IMG/VR virus record: IMGVR_UViG_2526164634_000030
Coordinates: 1-24,429 of that record
Direction: 5' to 3' (one strand)
Source of the DNA: a virus
Lineage: Duplodnaviria; Heunggongvirae; Uroviricota; Caudoviricetes
Length of the DNA: 24,429 nucleotides
Each line of letters begins with the position of its first letter. Position 1 is the first letter of the stretch. The translations under genes were made by a program, and so were the position numbers. Positions 1-9,969 of the stretch are shown here, one piece after another. Under the pieces are notes generated by a model. It ran no database searches and was not told the DNA's origin. It worked only from the letters and a program-made list of their open reading frames with translations.

Positions 1-342
1 CCATGAAGTATAATCAAGCATGGCATTCACAGCCTGCTCCAGCGTCTCAGGCGTGGCCTGTTCGCTGTCTCCCTTCGTTTTCACCCAACGACCAACAAAA
101 ACCTCCTGAGGTTTCGGTGATTGAGAGAAAAACACCTGCGCAGCCTTATATTCTGGTGATTCCACGCCAAAATCTTTTCCAATATCTTCCGCGGCAGAAT
201 AACGGCGAATGCGCTCACTTACCGGAATGATTGTGGACGGGCCGAGAATGAGTAATGCACCAAAATTTCGCCCTGATGCTGCACGCGGCGACATGATCAC
301 ATCAACATTAACAACGTTTGATACAGGCAAGCCCTGTGCCAT
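1..342 (-). CDS. Phage structural protein, N-terminal 114 codons only (gene runs off the window start); possibly tail-sheath-like
   Basis: ATG at 340-342 (reverse complement) opens a frame that stays open to position 1 (MAQGLPVSNVVNVDV...); it lies immediately downstream of the head-completion genes on the late strand. Family assignment is a guess. Confidence 0.4.
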   Translation of the reverse strand, partial: MAQGLPVSNVVNVDVIMSPRAASGRNFGALLILGPSTIIPVSERIRRYSAAEDIGKDFGVESPEYKAAQVFFSQSPKPQEVFVGRWVKTKGDSEQATPETLEQAVNAMLDYTSW

Positions 343-345
343 AGC

Positions 346-912
346 TTAATCTCCGAAAAAGATGACTGGTGCATCCACCAGCGATTTAATACCGTACTCG
401 CGCACAACCTTCCGGCGCAGGCGCACCGTCATATCGTAGCGGCGGACCCATTGCTGATTAATAAGTTCAGGGAAGGGAGTCAGACCTGTGTAATCGCCAA
501 GAGACAGCCCCAGCGCATTCAGTGCTGCATTGTTCTGCGGCACAGATATACCGTCACGAAACCGGGACGCATACACCATCCCCGCCGGTCCATAAAACGA
601 AGCCATACACTCAATCGTTTCATGCCGCCAGAGCTGAGAGCCATCATCGGTCTGTCTGGTGAATGCCGGACTGTCATCACCTGACCATCCGATAACCCCA
701 AACGCACACCAGTTCGTTTCAACCGGTAGCAGTGGCGGCTGCTCTTTCTGCCAGCGCGGGCGAACCATCCCGGCAGACAGACCGGAAACGTTACGTATCC
801 ACTGGCTTAACAGCCTGTCGAGCGCTTCGTCATAATCCGGATCGCCACTGGTTGGTATTAACCATCCGCGCTCTGTACTGGTGTTATTGCTCAACCGGAG
901 TTCCCCCATCAA
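346..912 (-). CDS. Hypothetical phage virion-module protein (188 aa)
   Basis: ORF track; same strand and tight spacing with neighbouring late genes; start overlaps the stop of the upstream ORF. Confidence 0.45.
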   Translation of the reverse strand: MMGELRLSNNTSTERGWLIPTSGDPDYDEALDRLLSQWIRNVSGLSAGMVRPRWQKEQPPLLPVETNWCAFGVIGWSGDDSPAFTRQTDDGSQLWRHETIECMASFYGPAGMVYASRFRDGISVPQNNAALNALGLSLGDYTGLTPFPELINQQWVRRYDMTVRLRRKVVREYGIKSLVDAPVIFFGD

Positions 913-1273
913 ACGGCATCAACTCACAATGCGCCTGAACGAATCCGGCCCCATAAGCTGTATACGGGTCGACGAAGGTCACACGGTAATCACGGCCCTG
1001 ATACGTCACGATATCGGCATCACGGCCAGTCTGTCCCTGCGTCAGTCGCTCAGTCGTCACAATCAGAATTGCACCACTGATTACCTGCCCGGCCTGCATA
1101 CGACGGTTTTCCAGAGAGCGATCAACAGTAACGACTCCGGCAAACTGCTTTTTAACTTCGCTGTCGCTGCCGATTCCGTCCTCATCCACCGTTTGCACAC
1201 GGCGTGTTACCCACAAATTGAAGTCGCAAAAATCGGGGTCAAAAAGCACATCTGTTACATCAAGAGTCGGCAT
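884..1273 (-). CDS. Hypothetical phage head-completion/neck-region protein (129 aa)
   Basis: ORF track; operon-like packing with short overlaps to both neighbours. Confidence 0.45.
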   Translation of the reverse strand: MPTLDVTDVLFDPDFCDFNLWVTRRVQTVDEDGIGSDSEVKKQFAGVVTVDRSLENRRMQAGQVISGAILIVTTERLTQGQTGRDADIVTYQGRDYRVTFVDPYTAYGAGFVQAHCELMPFDGGTPVEQ

Positions 1274-1814
1274 CTTTATCCCTCACTACATGGGTAATAG
1301 CTCTGCGATATTGCCCGGTGTCAATTAATGGTTTCGCCAGATCGGTTCCGGGAGATTCGCCAGCAACACGCCGGGCAAGTTCCAGTGTTGCCCCCTTGCG
1401 CCCCCGACGAGCCCGGGCTTCAACAGTACTGTCAGCAAGCGGCGTAAAGCCGGTAATGGTCATGTAACGCCTGACGCCATTAACGGCCAGCGTTCCGGCA
1501 CGGTTGAGTGCACTTTCTGCTCCCGCAGCATTACCATCAAGTGCAGCCTGCGCCGCGGCTTTAAGCTGCGGCACCGTCTGCTCTTCTGCCGATTTAACGC
1601 CGGGGACCAGGTGAGGTCGTGGCGGGATGTTCTGCTCTGGTGAGCCGTATTCGTTGAGGTAACCGATGCCCGCATTACCAAACGGAACATCATCCCGTTC
1701 GCTGTCTTCCGAAGGGATGCCGACCAGCACATCTTTTTTGGTTAACGACCTGAGCGCATCCAGAATGGCCTTAGCGTTATCCACCCTCGTTGTTACACCG
1801 CTTTTGAAACTCAT
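1260..1814 (-). CDS. Hypothetical phage virion-module protein (184 aa)
   Basis: ORF track; its start overlaps the stop of the upstream gene in an ATGA arrangement (1811-1814). Confidence 0.45.
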   Translation of the reverse strand: MSFKSGVTTRVDNAKAILDALRSLTKKDVLVGIPSEDSERDDVPFGNAGIGYLNEYGSPEQNIPPRPHLVPGVKSAEEQTVPQLKAAAQAALDGNAAGAESALNRAGTLAVNGVRRYMTITGFTPLADSTVEARARRGRKGATLELARRVAGESPGTDLAKPLIDTGQYRRAITHVVRDKDADS

Positions 1815-2218
1815 AGCTGGCGACCGCCTGCACCGAACATCGTGATCAACTGATAAAATTCAGCGCCATATCGGGTGTTATTCCAGAAACCTGCATCAGG
1901 ATTCAGCGTCGCGCTGGTGTCATAGCTGACGCTTACCTTATCCACGGACTTTGAGGACTGAACACCATTGGTTGAACCGCCCGGACCACCAGCCAGCATC
2001 GCTCTGCTGTCAGCCGCCCAGAGCGTCATGTAGTGAGCAACGAACAACCCGGCAAAGTACGGAAACAACTTTTTGCCGGTGACATTTTCGCTCAGCAGTT
2101 CATCGGCCAGATTCAGACGGAACCCGATTTGGGCGTCGGGATATTTTGCCGGGTCAGCAAACTGCGGGAAGTCGCGGCGAAAATCACTTACCGCTGGCAG
2201 ACTTTGATTCTTTGACAT
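1811..2218 (-). CDS. Hypothetical phage head-module protein (about 135 aa; trimmed from the 168-aa ORF to the internal start [10 protein letters not shown])
   Basis: The longer ORF 1811-2317 would overlap the upstream gene by about 130 nt; the internal ATG at 2216-2218 removes most of that overlap. An alternative start at 2230 is possible. Confidence 0.4.
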   Translation of the reverse strand: MSKNQSLPAVSDFRRDFPQFADPAKYPDAQIGFRLNLADELLSENVTGKKLFPYFAGLFVAHYMTLWAADSRAMLAGGPGGSTNGVQSSKSVDKVSVSYDTSATLNPDAGFWNNTRYGAEFYQLITMFGAGGRQL

Positions 2219-2552
2219 CTTTAGCCCCATTACCGCCAGTCCGGGCGGCAGTAATCTGCGCCTGCAGGCTGTCGTTCTGCTCCTGCAGTTTGAGCAATGC
2301 ATCTTTAAGATCGGCAATCAGCTTATCTTTGTCGGCAATCTGCGCTTGCAGGCCGTCGATAATGGGTTGCAGATCATCGGTGTCGCTAATCACGCTTTCG
2401 GAAAGCTCAGAGTGCGCCTGGGTGAACCAGTGCGACGCGACCTCTTCCGGTACGTTATGCCGTCCCCGGCCAAACTCCTGTTTTGACTGATCGCCGAGCG
2501 TCAGCGTAAACGGGGTGTGAACATGGATGGTAACCAGCTTTTCTTTCGCCAT
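2184..2552 (-). CDS. Hypothetical phage protein with C-terminal coiled-coil/Gln-Ala-rich tail (122 aa; trimmed to start [11 protein letters not shown])
   Basis: Internal ATG at 2550-2552 is preceded by AAGGAA; the longer 199-aa version would overlap the capsid gene by about 190 nt. Confidence 0.45.
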   Translation of the reverse strand: MAKEKLVTIHVHTPFTLTLGDQSKQEFGRGRHNVPEEVASHWFTQAHSELSESVISDTDDLQPIIDGLQAQIADKDKLIADLKDALLKLQEQNDSLQAQITAARTGGNGAKDVKESKSASGK

Positions 2553-2592
2553 TTCAGTTTCCTTCAGGCCCCTTTCGGGGCCATTCTGGTTA

Positions 2593-3534
2593 TCAGATAC
2601 CGTCCACATAGGACAGAGTTTCTTTATACACTGGCTCGACTGCACCCAGCTTGCCGTAGTAAGTGACGATCTGATACAGGCCGCGATACTGCACCGGCAC
2701 GCTCTGAAGCGGAACCAGCGGGTAGCGGACGTATTTTTTATCGTTGGTGTACGCAACCATGCGATCCTTATTCCCCACACCACGGCCTTTCAGCCATTTA
2801 ACCGCGCGGATATTCAGCGGAACACCGTTCTGGTGATAGCTGATGGTGTTGGTCTGAAGGTACGTCAACAGGGACTGGTTACCCGCAGATGAAACGATGA
2901 TGCTGGACAACAGAGCAAACTGTTCAGGCGGGATCAGCAAATCACGCGGGACCACAGAGTAACCAGAAGCGGCCCACGCATCAGACAGCACCTGGTTAAT
3001 GCTTGCGCGGATTTCGTCCGGTGTTGAGGTTGCCCACGTTTTGGCAGCGTTGTTGACAGGCACGCCGTCCAGGGTAACAAGGCCTTTCAGGTTTAATGCG
3101 GAATCGCCAACATATACCTGTTCATCGTTATCCATCTGCCATTTCAGTTGCATCCCGTCATACTTCTGCGTATCAATCGGGCGGCCGACCTGCTGAGCAG
3201 CCTGCAATTCTATGACCGTCCAGCCAAGTTCCATCCCCCACAGGTTCAGCGGGTTACCGGATTTGCCGGTATCCACGTTCACGCCAGCAATAGCGGTTGA
3301 GTCTTTGCCTACCCAGTTTTTGCCATTCGGATTTGCACCAGTACCCGCAGCGGCGAAGCTGGTATTCGTCCAGCTGGAAATGTCATCTGCGATAGAGACA
3401 TCTTCACGCAACTGAATATCGCGGGTCCAGGTGTACCCCACCAGTGGCAGGTTCAGCGTCTGGTCGAGTCGCTCCAGCTCCCCGATGAGAAAGGCACCAG
3501 AGCTGTCAACGGTTGCCTGATCAAAAGTAATCAT
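2593..3534 (-). CDS. Major capsid protein (313 aa)
   Basis: Size and position after the portal/MuF/scaffold-like genes; Gly/Asn/Thr-rich composition typical of coat proteins. No family match verified. Confidence 0.55.
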   Translation of the reverse strand: MITFDQATVDSSGAFLIGELERLDQTLNLPLVGYTWTRDIQLREDVSIADDISSWTNTSFAAAGTGANPNGKNWVGKDSTAIAGVNVDTGKSGNPLNLWGMELGWTVIELQAAQQVGRPIDTQKYDGMQLKWQMDNDEQVYVGDSALNLKGLVTLDGVPVNNAAKTWATSTPDEIRASINQVLSDAWAASGYSVVPRDLLIPPEQFALLSSIIVSSAGNQSLLTYLQTNTISYHQNGVPLNIRAVKWLKGRGVGNKDRMVAYTNDKKYVRYPLVPLQSVPVQYRGLYQIVTYYGKLGAVEPVYKETLSYVDGI

Positions 3535-3545
3535 TCGTCTGTTCC

Positions 3546-4052
3546 TTAAATCTTCCAGGAAATTTCTGCATTGCCGTTAGCATCACCGGCACCTGTGAAT
3601 TCAGCGTTGGTCAGCACCACATTTTTGCCACTGACTGACGTGGACATGAATCCACCCAGCGGCACTTTGATGGATTCATCAGTGGAGACGACAACGTATA
3701 CCGGGTCGCCTTTTTTGATAGTGCTGGCATCAAAATCAGAACCGAGATTAACGGTCACGTAGCCACGCTTCATGGCGTCGCCCGGGAAGTTCTTGCCTGT
3801 TCCCACCTGGCGAACCATGTCCGGCTGCGACGTGGTCGGATAAGGGCGCACGTAGATCCCCTTCACCTTGTCTGCGGTATCACCATCTGCCAGCGGCACG
3901 AAAAAACCGTCATCATCGTATTTACCAGCCAGCCCATAGGCAGCGAAGGCGTTATCGGATTTAAGGACCACCGGTTCGACGGTTAAGTCCTGCGGGCGAG
4001 AGACAGCCCCGGCAATACCAACAGGCATCCGGTACAGAAATACATTATTCAT
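3546..4052 (-). CDS. Small head-module structural protein (168 aa), between scaffold-like gene and capsid gene
   Basis: ORF track; conserved position in this type of head module. Family only vaguely recalled, not verified. Confidence 0.45.
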   Translation of the reverse strand: MNNVFLYRMPVGIAGAVSRPQDLTVEPVVLKSDNAFAAYGLAGKYDDDGFFVPLADGDTADKVKGIYVRPYPTTSQPDMVRQVGTGKNFPGDAMKRGYVTVNLGSDFDASTIKKGDPVYVVVSTDESIKVPLGGFMSTSVSGKNVVLTNAEFTGAGDANGNAEISWKI

Positions 4053-4055
4053 TTT

Positions 4056-5276
4056 TTACCCTTTACGGTTTGCCCAGAATTCAGCGTTTTGTTTGTTCAG
4101 GGAAGCGATACTGGTCATGCCCATGTTTAGGCGCTGTGCATCGCCGGTGGTGGCGCGGGTGTTTCGCCCTTTGGCAATCTCAGACACGGCATTAAACGCC
4201 ATGTCGACCGATTGTTTCGGCAATTTGCGGATATCCGCATCACCGACTATCTGGCGAACCAGCGTTTTGTCAGCGGAAGCCAGAACCTCGCGTTTGAACG
4301 CGGTCGGTTTCATCTTACGGCTCAGATCGATACCCGGAACAATAACTTCGGCACGCCAGGCTGAGTCACCAGTAATCGTGGTTTCCTCTTCATCGTCCTC
4401 GCCGTCACCGGTCGGATTATCGTCAGGCTTATTATCGTTATCGCCCGTGGCATTTCCTTCCAGCTTAGCCAGCAGGGCTTTCAGTAATGTTTTGAGGTCA
4501 TCATCACTGTCGCCGGTTGGGCCTTCCCCCATCTCTGGTGCTTTGTCCGGTAGTGGTTGCTGCGGGGACAGGTTGATATTGAGATTAACGCCCTGCGGCA
4601 AATCCCCCTCATCTCCTGTAACCGATGCGGGAGCCGACTCCACCAGTTCGTTCATGGTGTCGGCATCTCCTGTCTTGATGGCCGCACGCATGCGGTTCCA
4701 CCAGTTTTTCTTTTGATTTGCCATTGTGTCTCTGTCTCCAATTGCACAACGATTTCCGGCTCTGCCTTTAGGGACAAGAGCCACATGGTTTCCGGTAATA
4801 TCGACCTGCTCAGCTTTACCTGGCTCGGTCTGCTCGTACTCCGCGTCATAGCCGCACGACACTTCGCGCAGGCCATCTTCGATAAGCTGAATGGCGTTTT
4901 CGTCTTTGACGATAAGGTCAGCCAGCATCAAATCAGACTGCTCACCCGTCCCGCGCCGGACATTCTGGAGGTGCCCGACAGCAAGCTCTTTCCAGTTCTC
5001 GGGATTTACCAGCCGCACATTCCCGTTTTCATCTTCAGGATGCAGAATCGTGATGCTCATCCCTTCGAATGAGGCAAGCGTGGCCGGATGGAATACCTGC
5101 TCAGGAGAACGCGTGACGACTATTTCACCGAACTTATCGGGTTTCAGTTTTGGCAGGTCATCAGCACCATAGAGCTGCTTACCTGTTCGTCCTATCGGCA
5201 CGTCTCTGCACAGCAACGAGCCGTCAGCCAGCTGATAGCGGGTTTCCCCCAGCCGGGTATTGAAAAAATATTTCAT
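4056..5276 (-). CDS. Scaffold/prohead-protease-like head protein (406 aa) with long acidic Gly/Asp-rich low-complexity middle
   Basis: Position directly after the MuF-like gene; acidic low-complexity linker (TGDSDDD...DNDNKPDDNPTGDGEDDEEE) typical of scaffolding proteins. Confidence 0.5.
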   Translation of the reverse strand: MKYFFNTRLGETRYQLADGSLLCRDVPIGRTGKQLYGADDLPKLKPDKFGEIVVTRSPEQVFHPATLASFEGMSITILHPEDENGNVRLVNPENWKELAVGHLQNVRRGTGEQSDLMLADLIVKDENAIQLIEDGLREVSCGYDAEYEQTEPGKAEQVDITGNHVALVPKGRAGNRCAIGDRDTMANQKKNWWNRMRAAIKTGDADTMNELVESAPASVTGDEGDLPQGVNLNINLSPQQPLPDKAPEMGEGPTGDSDDDLKTLLKALLAKLEGNATGDNDNKPDDNPTGDGEDDEEETTITGDSAWRAEVIVPGIDLSRKMKPTAFKREVLASADKTLVRQIVGDADIRKLPKQSVDMAFNAVSEIAKGRNTRATTGDAQRLNMGMTSIASLNKQNAEFWANRKG

Positions 5277-5290
5277 GTGTTACCTGCGAT

Positions 5291-6065
5291 TCAGGCGGGA
5301 TAAGATTGGGAGGTGGGAAAAACGATTTCTTTATAACAGCGACAATTCGGGAGCTCGCCAGCGTGACCTGTCATGCCGTCAAGCGTTGGAGGTTTGCCCC
5401 ATTCGACAAATTTACCTTCCATTTCCCGATGAGAATGCCTGACGTCACCATCTTCGGCTGTACGCCAGATATAACTATTCGAACCAATTGACAGCGCACG
5501 CGCCTGATCCAGCGCGCCGGTTGCACGTCCAAGTTCAGTACGGGCAATCAGGTCAGCTCTGGACTTTGCTATATCACCCGATGCGGCTATTTCTTTAGCA
5601 AAATATTCTGCTCTCCCACCGGTCACAACAGCTTCTGTCGCCCGATTCTGGATGTCGTACACCCTGTCAGCCGCCTCGAGGGGGAGCGATTTGATGTTAC
5701 TTGACCTGTTCGGCGATGATGGATTGCATCACCTGGCCCACAGGAGCGCTTTCCACAAGATTGCGGAGCTCGCGACTGATGTTCTTGCTGTGTTGCCGCC
5801 AAACTTTCTCGTTCTGCCGGGTTAGGTCCGCAGTAAAGTTTTCCGCGACCTTTGTCGCCCAGGGGGTGATGATTTCACTGTAGCGTTCCAGCGCCTCAAT
5901 AATTTCCGTGATACTGTCATTTGAACCATCGTAGCGACCATTTACGATGTCTCCGACCGCCCGCGCTATCCTGCGTAGGCTGGTTCGATAGCGGATTTCC
6001 GCCTGACGGTTCCTGCGGTTCGTCATCAGATTCGCCGATGCCGGGCGGCGCTTCATCTTCGGCAT
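5291..6065 (-). pseudogene. Head morphogenesis protein (phage Mu F / SPP1 gp7 family) split across two frames (ORFs 5697-6065 and 5291-5662)
   Basis: The upstream ORF looks like a MuF N-terminus and the downstream ORF carries the C-terminal MuF-type motif including ...HAGELPNCRCYKEIV. The two are in different frames, separated by about 34 nt. Frameshift or sequencing error cannot be distinguished here. Confidence 0.5.
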
Positions 6066-7383
6066 TCTCGATGTCCTCGTCGGTAATGGATGCCCCGATG
6101 CCGGTTACGTCAGAATTTTCGCGCAAATCAGTCATAGCGGCTTTCAGTGTCATCAGACCATCACCCAGCGCCGTACTGATTGCGTTGGTAGTGTTTAACG
6201 CCACCGTTGAGCGATCGACATCAGACATTTGCCAGAGCGGGTTAAACTCAAACGTGAAATCGTCCGGCAGCGGCTTGCCAAGCTCCGAACGATGCATGAT
6301 GTCCAGTATCCGCCGCACCGGAAGACGTAAACGCCTCTCCTGTAACGAGCTTACCCGGTCGTAATAGTTGGCAAGGTCTGCATCGCCGGTAGAAAATCCT
6401 TTCGGGGACTGTCCGAACAACCGCACCAGTGGGATACCAACAGCGCCACTAATCTGTTCTGCAAACTGCGAAAGGATGTCATCCAGACCACTGAAGCTGT
6501 ACTGATGCGTTTCAAACTTATCCCGCGAGTCCATGAGTGTCATACCTTCATTGCTCTGGAACTGTCGAATCAGGTCGATATTCTTCAGCAACGCTTCATA
6601 CGCAGGACCACCAAGTGCGATAAGCTCGCGTAGCTTCTCCACGCTGTAGGTGCGCAGATGCGCCTTGTAGACCAGCTGCGCCGCGCCGACAGTAGCGCTG
6701 TCGAACGCGGTAAGACGATCCCAGATACGCTCTACAACCGACATTCCCCATTCGTTCTCGGTCATCTTCTGCTGAAATGGCAGCGTGACGCCATCAAAGC
6801 GAATCAGGCGACTGTGATGAATGCGCCAGGCAGGAATTCCCGTTGCTGTGGTCACCACATCGTAAAACTCAGGTTTACCCAGGTCCGGCCCCATATCTTT
6901 AATGCGGCGGGTCAGTACCGGGTCGATCATCCAGCGGTCGAGCGGGAGAATCCCCTTAAACTTGCCCTTACCGATGGTTTCGGGTCGCAGCGGGGTCATT
7001 GGTGCCTGCCCCTCAATCATGATGAAACCCACCGCGCCGCCGTAGAGGCGCGACCATTTCAGCACGTCATTCAGCGCATCCCAGATTTGCAACTCATCCA
7101 GTTGTGATTCGAGAATGCCACGATCTTTTGCATCAATTTCCGACGTGATGCGAATGCCTTTGCGGGTCATATCATCCGGGATAGCATCGACTGCTTCGCC
7201 GATGATCCAGGATGAACGATAGGACCATTCCACCAGCATGCGGTTACGACTGGTGAAATTAGCCCGGTAGGTGGATGCTGAGTGCTGGTTAGGTGTCTGC
7301 ATCCCTACGCGGGCAATAAAATTCTCATAACCATCAGCTGTGGCCTGCGCAGTTCGCCGCAGGGCTTGTTTGTTTCGTGCCAT
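5917..7383 (-). CDS. Portal protein (488 aa)
   Basis: Large ORF immediately downstream of the terminase large subunit with an ATGA start/stop overlap at 7383; acidic C-terminal tail (DEDIENAEDEAPPGIGESDDEPQE). The last ~50 codons overlap the MuF-like ORF, so the 3' boundary is uncertain. Confidence 0.7.
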   Translation of the reverse strand: MARNKQALRRTAQATADGYENFIARVGMQTPNQHSASTYRANFTSRNRMLVEWSYRSSWIIGEAVDAIPDDMTRKGIRITSEIDAKDRGILESQLDELQIWDALNDVLKWSRLYGGAVGFIMIEGQAPMTPLRPETIGKGKFKGILPLDRWMIDPVLTRRIKDMGPDLGKPEFYDVVTTATGIPAWRIHHSRLIRFDGVTLPFQQKMTENEWGMSVVERIWDRLTAFDSATVGAAQLVYKAHLRTYSVEKLRELIALGGPAYEALLKNIDLIRQFQSNEGMTLMDSRDKFETHQYSFSGLDDILSQFAEQISGAVGIPLVRLFGQSPKGFSTGDADLANYYDRVSSLQERRLRLPVRRILDIMHRSELGKPLPDDFTFEFNPLWQMSDVDRSTVALNTTNAISTALGDGLMTLKAAMTDLRENSDVTGIGASITDEDIENAEDEAPPGIGESDDEPQEPSGGNPLSNQPTQDSAGGRRHRKWSLRWFK

Positions 7384-8843
7384 CAGGCCTGTCTCCCTAG
7401 CAGCTCCCAGATGTTCAGGGCTGAATTCATTGGGGCATAGTTGATCATCACCGAGTCGGCAAGGTTTGGCGATCGGGTTCCATCAGGCTGTTTATCAATA
7501 ACGATTTTTCCCACACCATTAATGGAATAGGTCGGCTGCGAAAGCTCGATGATGAGTTTATCTTTGAGTGCCATGCTACTGCTGATTGAGATGATTTCGT
7601 CCGGGTTGTAAGCCATACCTTCAACCACGGCGCGCCAGGTATTCTGAAAAAGTTTACGTAACCGCCACCAGCTCTGGGCTTTGGCGTTAGCGAAGAAGTC
7701 CTTGTTCAGACGTGCGGCTTGCCCGTTGTCCCCGCGAACAGCTTCATCATCCGGATCAAATACCGCGCCACTACCTCGAAACGGTGTGGCAAGTATTGAC
7801 GGTCGACGCGCAGCGTTACGCAGTTCGTTGATAGCGCGTGCATCGCCGCGAACGCCAGCGCCCAGCCCGTCCTCGTCAAAGCGAAACTCTTCGAGGTTGT
7901 CCTGTTCGCAAAAGCCGAAAACCTTCTCGACGGACTGATAAATGTCGCTGCCCACACCGGACCATTCCCGCACATTTTCCAGGAGGAAGCCATGACGGGT
8001 GGAAAAGGCATTTTTGTCCCTGCCTTCGTCGGCGACATCCATCGCGCCAAGTCGTTTGCCTGTTGGCTGGATACCCAGTTTGATATGCGCATCAACGGCA
8101 GCCTGTACCCATTCGGATGGAATCAGAACGCCTTCCGCTGATGCGCTGTAGTTCAGATCAAGTTCCTGTGCCACCACCACCGGATTATCGATTTTCTCGC
8201 ATTCCCTGCGATACCACTCTTCATCCTTGCGAGGATCATCCCGCCAGTGGAATGTGAATACCGGTATCTTCCCGCCATGACGCTTCTGAGCGAACGGGTT
8301 AGCCATGCCGTTAACTGAACTCAGGTCGATACGGCAACGCGTCGTTTGTGACAACGCCGCATCAATCAGCAGAGGACGCTGAAGGAATGCAGCCTCATCA
8401 ACCAGATAAAGCGTGGTACGGTCACCACGACCAATATTATCGCCAGCCTCGCCTTTGATAACGGCACCAGTTTCAGGAAACTCAACACGCATATATGGCG
8501 CGTGCTTCTTCTCGCTCCACGAACCGCGAAACTCTACAGGTAGCGTTTCCACGAACTTGCGTGCCTTCCAGAACAATGCTTTCGGGTCACCGGTGCTGTC
8601 GACGTATTCCTCTTTACGGGAGCCGAAACCGATAACCATTTCTTTGTTGAAGAGACAAAGCGAGCAGGCCAGTCCGATCGCGGTCCAACTGAGCCCCATT
8701 TCACGGGATTTTTCGGTAATACCATTCTCCCGATTGCCCCAGCGTTCCATAATCCAGTGGATCCACTCCTCCTGCTTAGGGAAGAGTAAAAACGGAATGG
8801 TCACCGGCAGGCCATAATCAATATTACGCGGGTCCGTTGTCAT
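7383..8843 (-). CDS. Terminase large subunit (486 aa in this frame)
   Basis: Terminase-type ATPase motifs near the N-terminus ([14 protein letters not shown] as a deviant Walker A-like segment; [10 protein letters not shown] as Walker B); followed by portal. Confidence 0.8.
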   Translation of the reverse strand: MTTDPRNIDYGLPVTIPFLLFPKQEEWIHWIMERWGNRENGITEKSREMGLSWTAIGLACSLCLFNKEMVIGFGSRKEEYVDSTGDPKALFWKARKFVETLPVEFRGSWSEKKHAPYMRVEFPETGAVIKGEAGDNIGRGDRTTLYLVDEAAFLQRPLLIDAALSQTTRCRIDLSSVNGMANPFAQKRHGGKIPVFTFHWRDDPRKDEEWYRRECEKIDNPVVVAQELDLNYSASAEGVLIPSEWVQAAVDAHIKLGIQPTGKRLGAMDVADEGRDKNAFSTRHGFLLENVREWSGVGSDIYQSVEKVFGFCEQDNLEEFRFDEDGLGAGVRGDARAINELRNAARRPSILATPFRGSGAVFDPDDEAVRGDNGQAARLNKDFFANAKAQSWWRLRKLFQNTWRAVVEGMAYNPDEIISISSSMALKDKLIIELSQPTYSINGVGKIVIDKQPDGTRSPNLADSVMINYAPMNSALNIWELLGRQA

Positions 8844-9004
8844 GCCCAGTCGATGATGAACTGAGCCGGATTGGTTCGGTAAAACTGCTTCAATACGGGC
8901 AATATTTCAGGATTCTGGCGAATGCGCTGTAGGCGTTCCATCCGCCATTCAAAAACCATCTGGTAATCAGGATGTTTAAAATCGAAGGGGAATGGTAACG
9001 GCAT
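8840..9004 (-). CDS. 54-codon ORF upstream of and overlapping the terminase large subunit ([54 protein letters not shown]); probably the displaced N-terminus of TerL
   Basis: Starts 2 nt after the small-terminase stop and ends in an ATGA overlap with the TerL start. Its end ([10 protein letters not shown]) followed by the TerL start (TTDPRN) reads like a continuous terminase N-terminus. Confidence 0.35.
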   Translation of the reverse strand: MPLPFPFDFKHPDYQMVFEWRMERLQRIRQNPEILPVLKQFYRTNPAQFIIDWA

Positions 9005-9006
9005 AC

Positions 9007-9558
9007 TTAGCCCATCATTTTTCTATACGCCTCTGCAGCCTGCTCCGGCGTTAAGTTGGTAATTTCTGTTCTGACTGGTCCTCCATCAGCGCCAGTCACT
9101 TCATTTTTGACGTTGTCTTTAAACGCCTGAACAGAAACATGACGCCCAAGCAACTCAAGGTTTTTAACCTTATCAGGCCATTTGATTTTCTTCAGAAGTG
9201 CGGCGCTATCTGCGGATACCATCTCCACGACATCCATTCCTGATAGCGTTGTGCGCCATACCTTAGGCCAGTCTTTAATGGGCTTTAGCTCACCGTTTTG
9301 CAGGAGAATGTCGAGCACATCCATCTGGTCGATTTCAATAAGGCGATTAAGTACATATTCTGCATTAATACCAACAAGATCATTGCGTTGCGCTTTCAGT
9401 TCAGCGATTCTGAATTGTATGTCAGGTTTTGACAGGTTTTCGGATGCGGTACGGTTAGCTGTCTTTGCGCTGTACCCCGCCCGAATAGCCGCTTGCGTGG
9501 CGTTTAAATCGATGAGGTACTCGCGACAGAACATTTCTTGCTTGTCGGTGAGTGCCAT
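9007..9558 (-). CDS. Terminase small subunit (183 aa)
   Basis: N-terminus [34 protein letters not shown] is the signature of the small-terminase family; located immediately upstream of the large subunit. Confidence 0.7.
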   Translation of the reverse strand: MALTDKQEMFCREYLIDLNATQAAIRAGYSAKTANRTASENLSKPDIQFRIAELKAQRNDLVGINAEYVLNRLIEIDQMDVLDILLQNGELKPIKDWPKVWRTTLSGMDVVEMVSADSAALLKKIKWPDKVKNLELLGRHVSVQAFKDNVKNEVTGADGGPVRTEITNLTPEQAAEAYRKMMG

Positions 9559-9693
9559 TGATATACCTGAGGAAATTATGAAGCTTCGCGTTGCATTTCA
9601 TCGATAACTTTTGGCGTCATCGGCTGATGCGCATATTTACGTTCAATCTCTGCAAAAATCCCGTTCATCGTTTCGCTGTCTGGTGGGATAACT

Positions 9694-9969
9694 TTAACGT
9701 TTAATCGTGCCATTGGTTTGTGCTGCCCTGTTTTTCTCAAAAGCCCTGATATCAGCCTTATCCCTGTTGCACTGTGCTAACGCTGACAACAACGCAACAT
9801 TCAGGTTAAGGCTAGCTCCCCACGTAAACGGGTCGGGTAAATCTGGCTGGGGTGTTTCATCCGTCAGACTGGCTGGTAACGGAACGACCGGCACCGACAC
9901 GTATACCGTTCGCGTATTCGTGCAACCGCTTAACTGCGCCAGAAGGAACGATACGAACAGCGCAATCAT
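9694..9969 (-). CDS. Rz1-like outer-membrane spanin lipoprotein (about 91 aa from internal start MIALFVSFLLAQLSGC)
   Basis: Signal-like hydrophobic N-terminus with a lipobox-like LSGC, then a Pro-rich segment (VPVVPLPASLTDETPQPDLPDP); out of frame with and overlapping the 3' part of the Rz-like gene. Confidence 0.4.
   Translation of the reverse strand: MIALFVSFLLAQLSGCTNTRTVYVSVPVVPLPASLTDETPQPDLPDPFTWGASLNLNVALLSALAQCNRDKADIRAFEKNRAAQTNGTIKR

Noticed and set aside
1811-2783. Long versions of two head-module ORFs (168 aa and 199 aa) from the ORF track
   Set aside because: Their 5' ends overlap the upstream genes by 100-190 nt; internal ATGs (2218 and 2552, the latter with a good SD) give compact, non-overlapping genes.
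4093-4716. 207-aa Ser/Pro-rich ORF on the plus strand
   Set aside because: Lies entirely antisense to the scaffold-like gene, within its low-complexity acidic region; composition is the mirror image of that repeat. Judged a shadow ORF.
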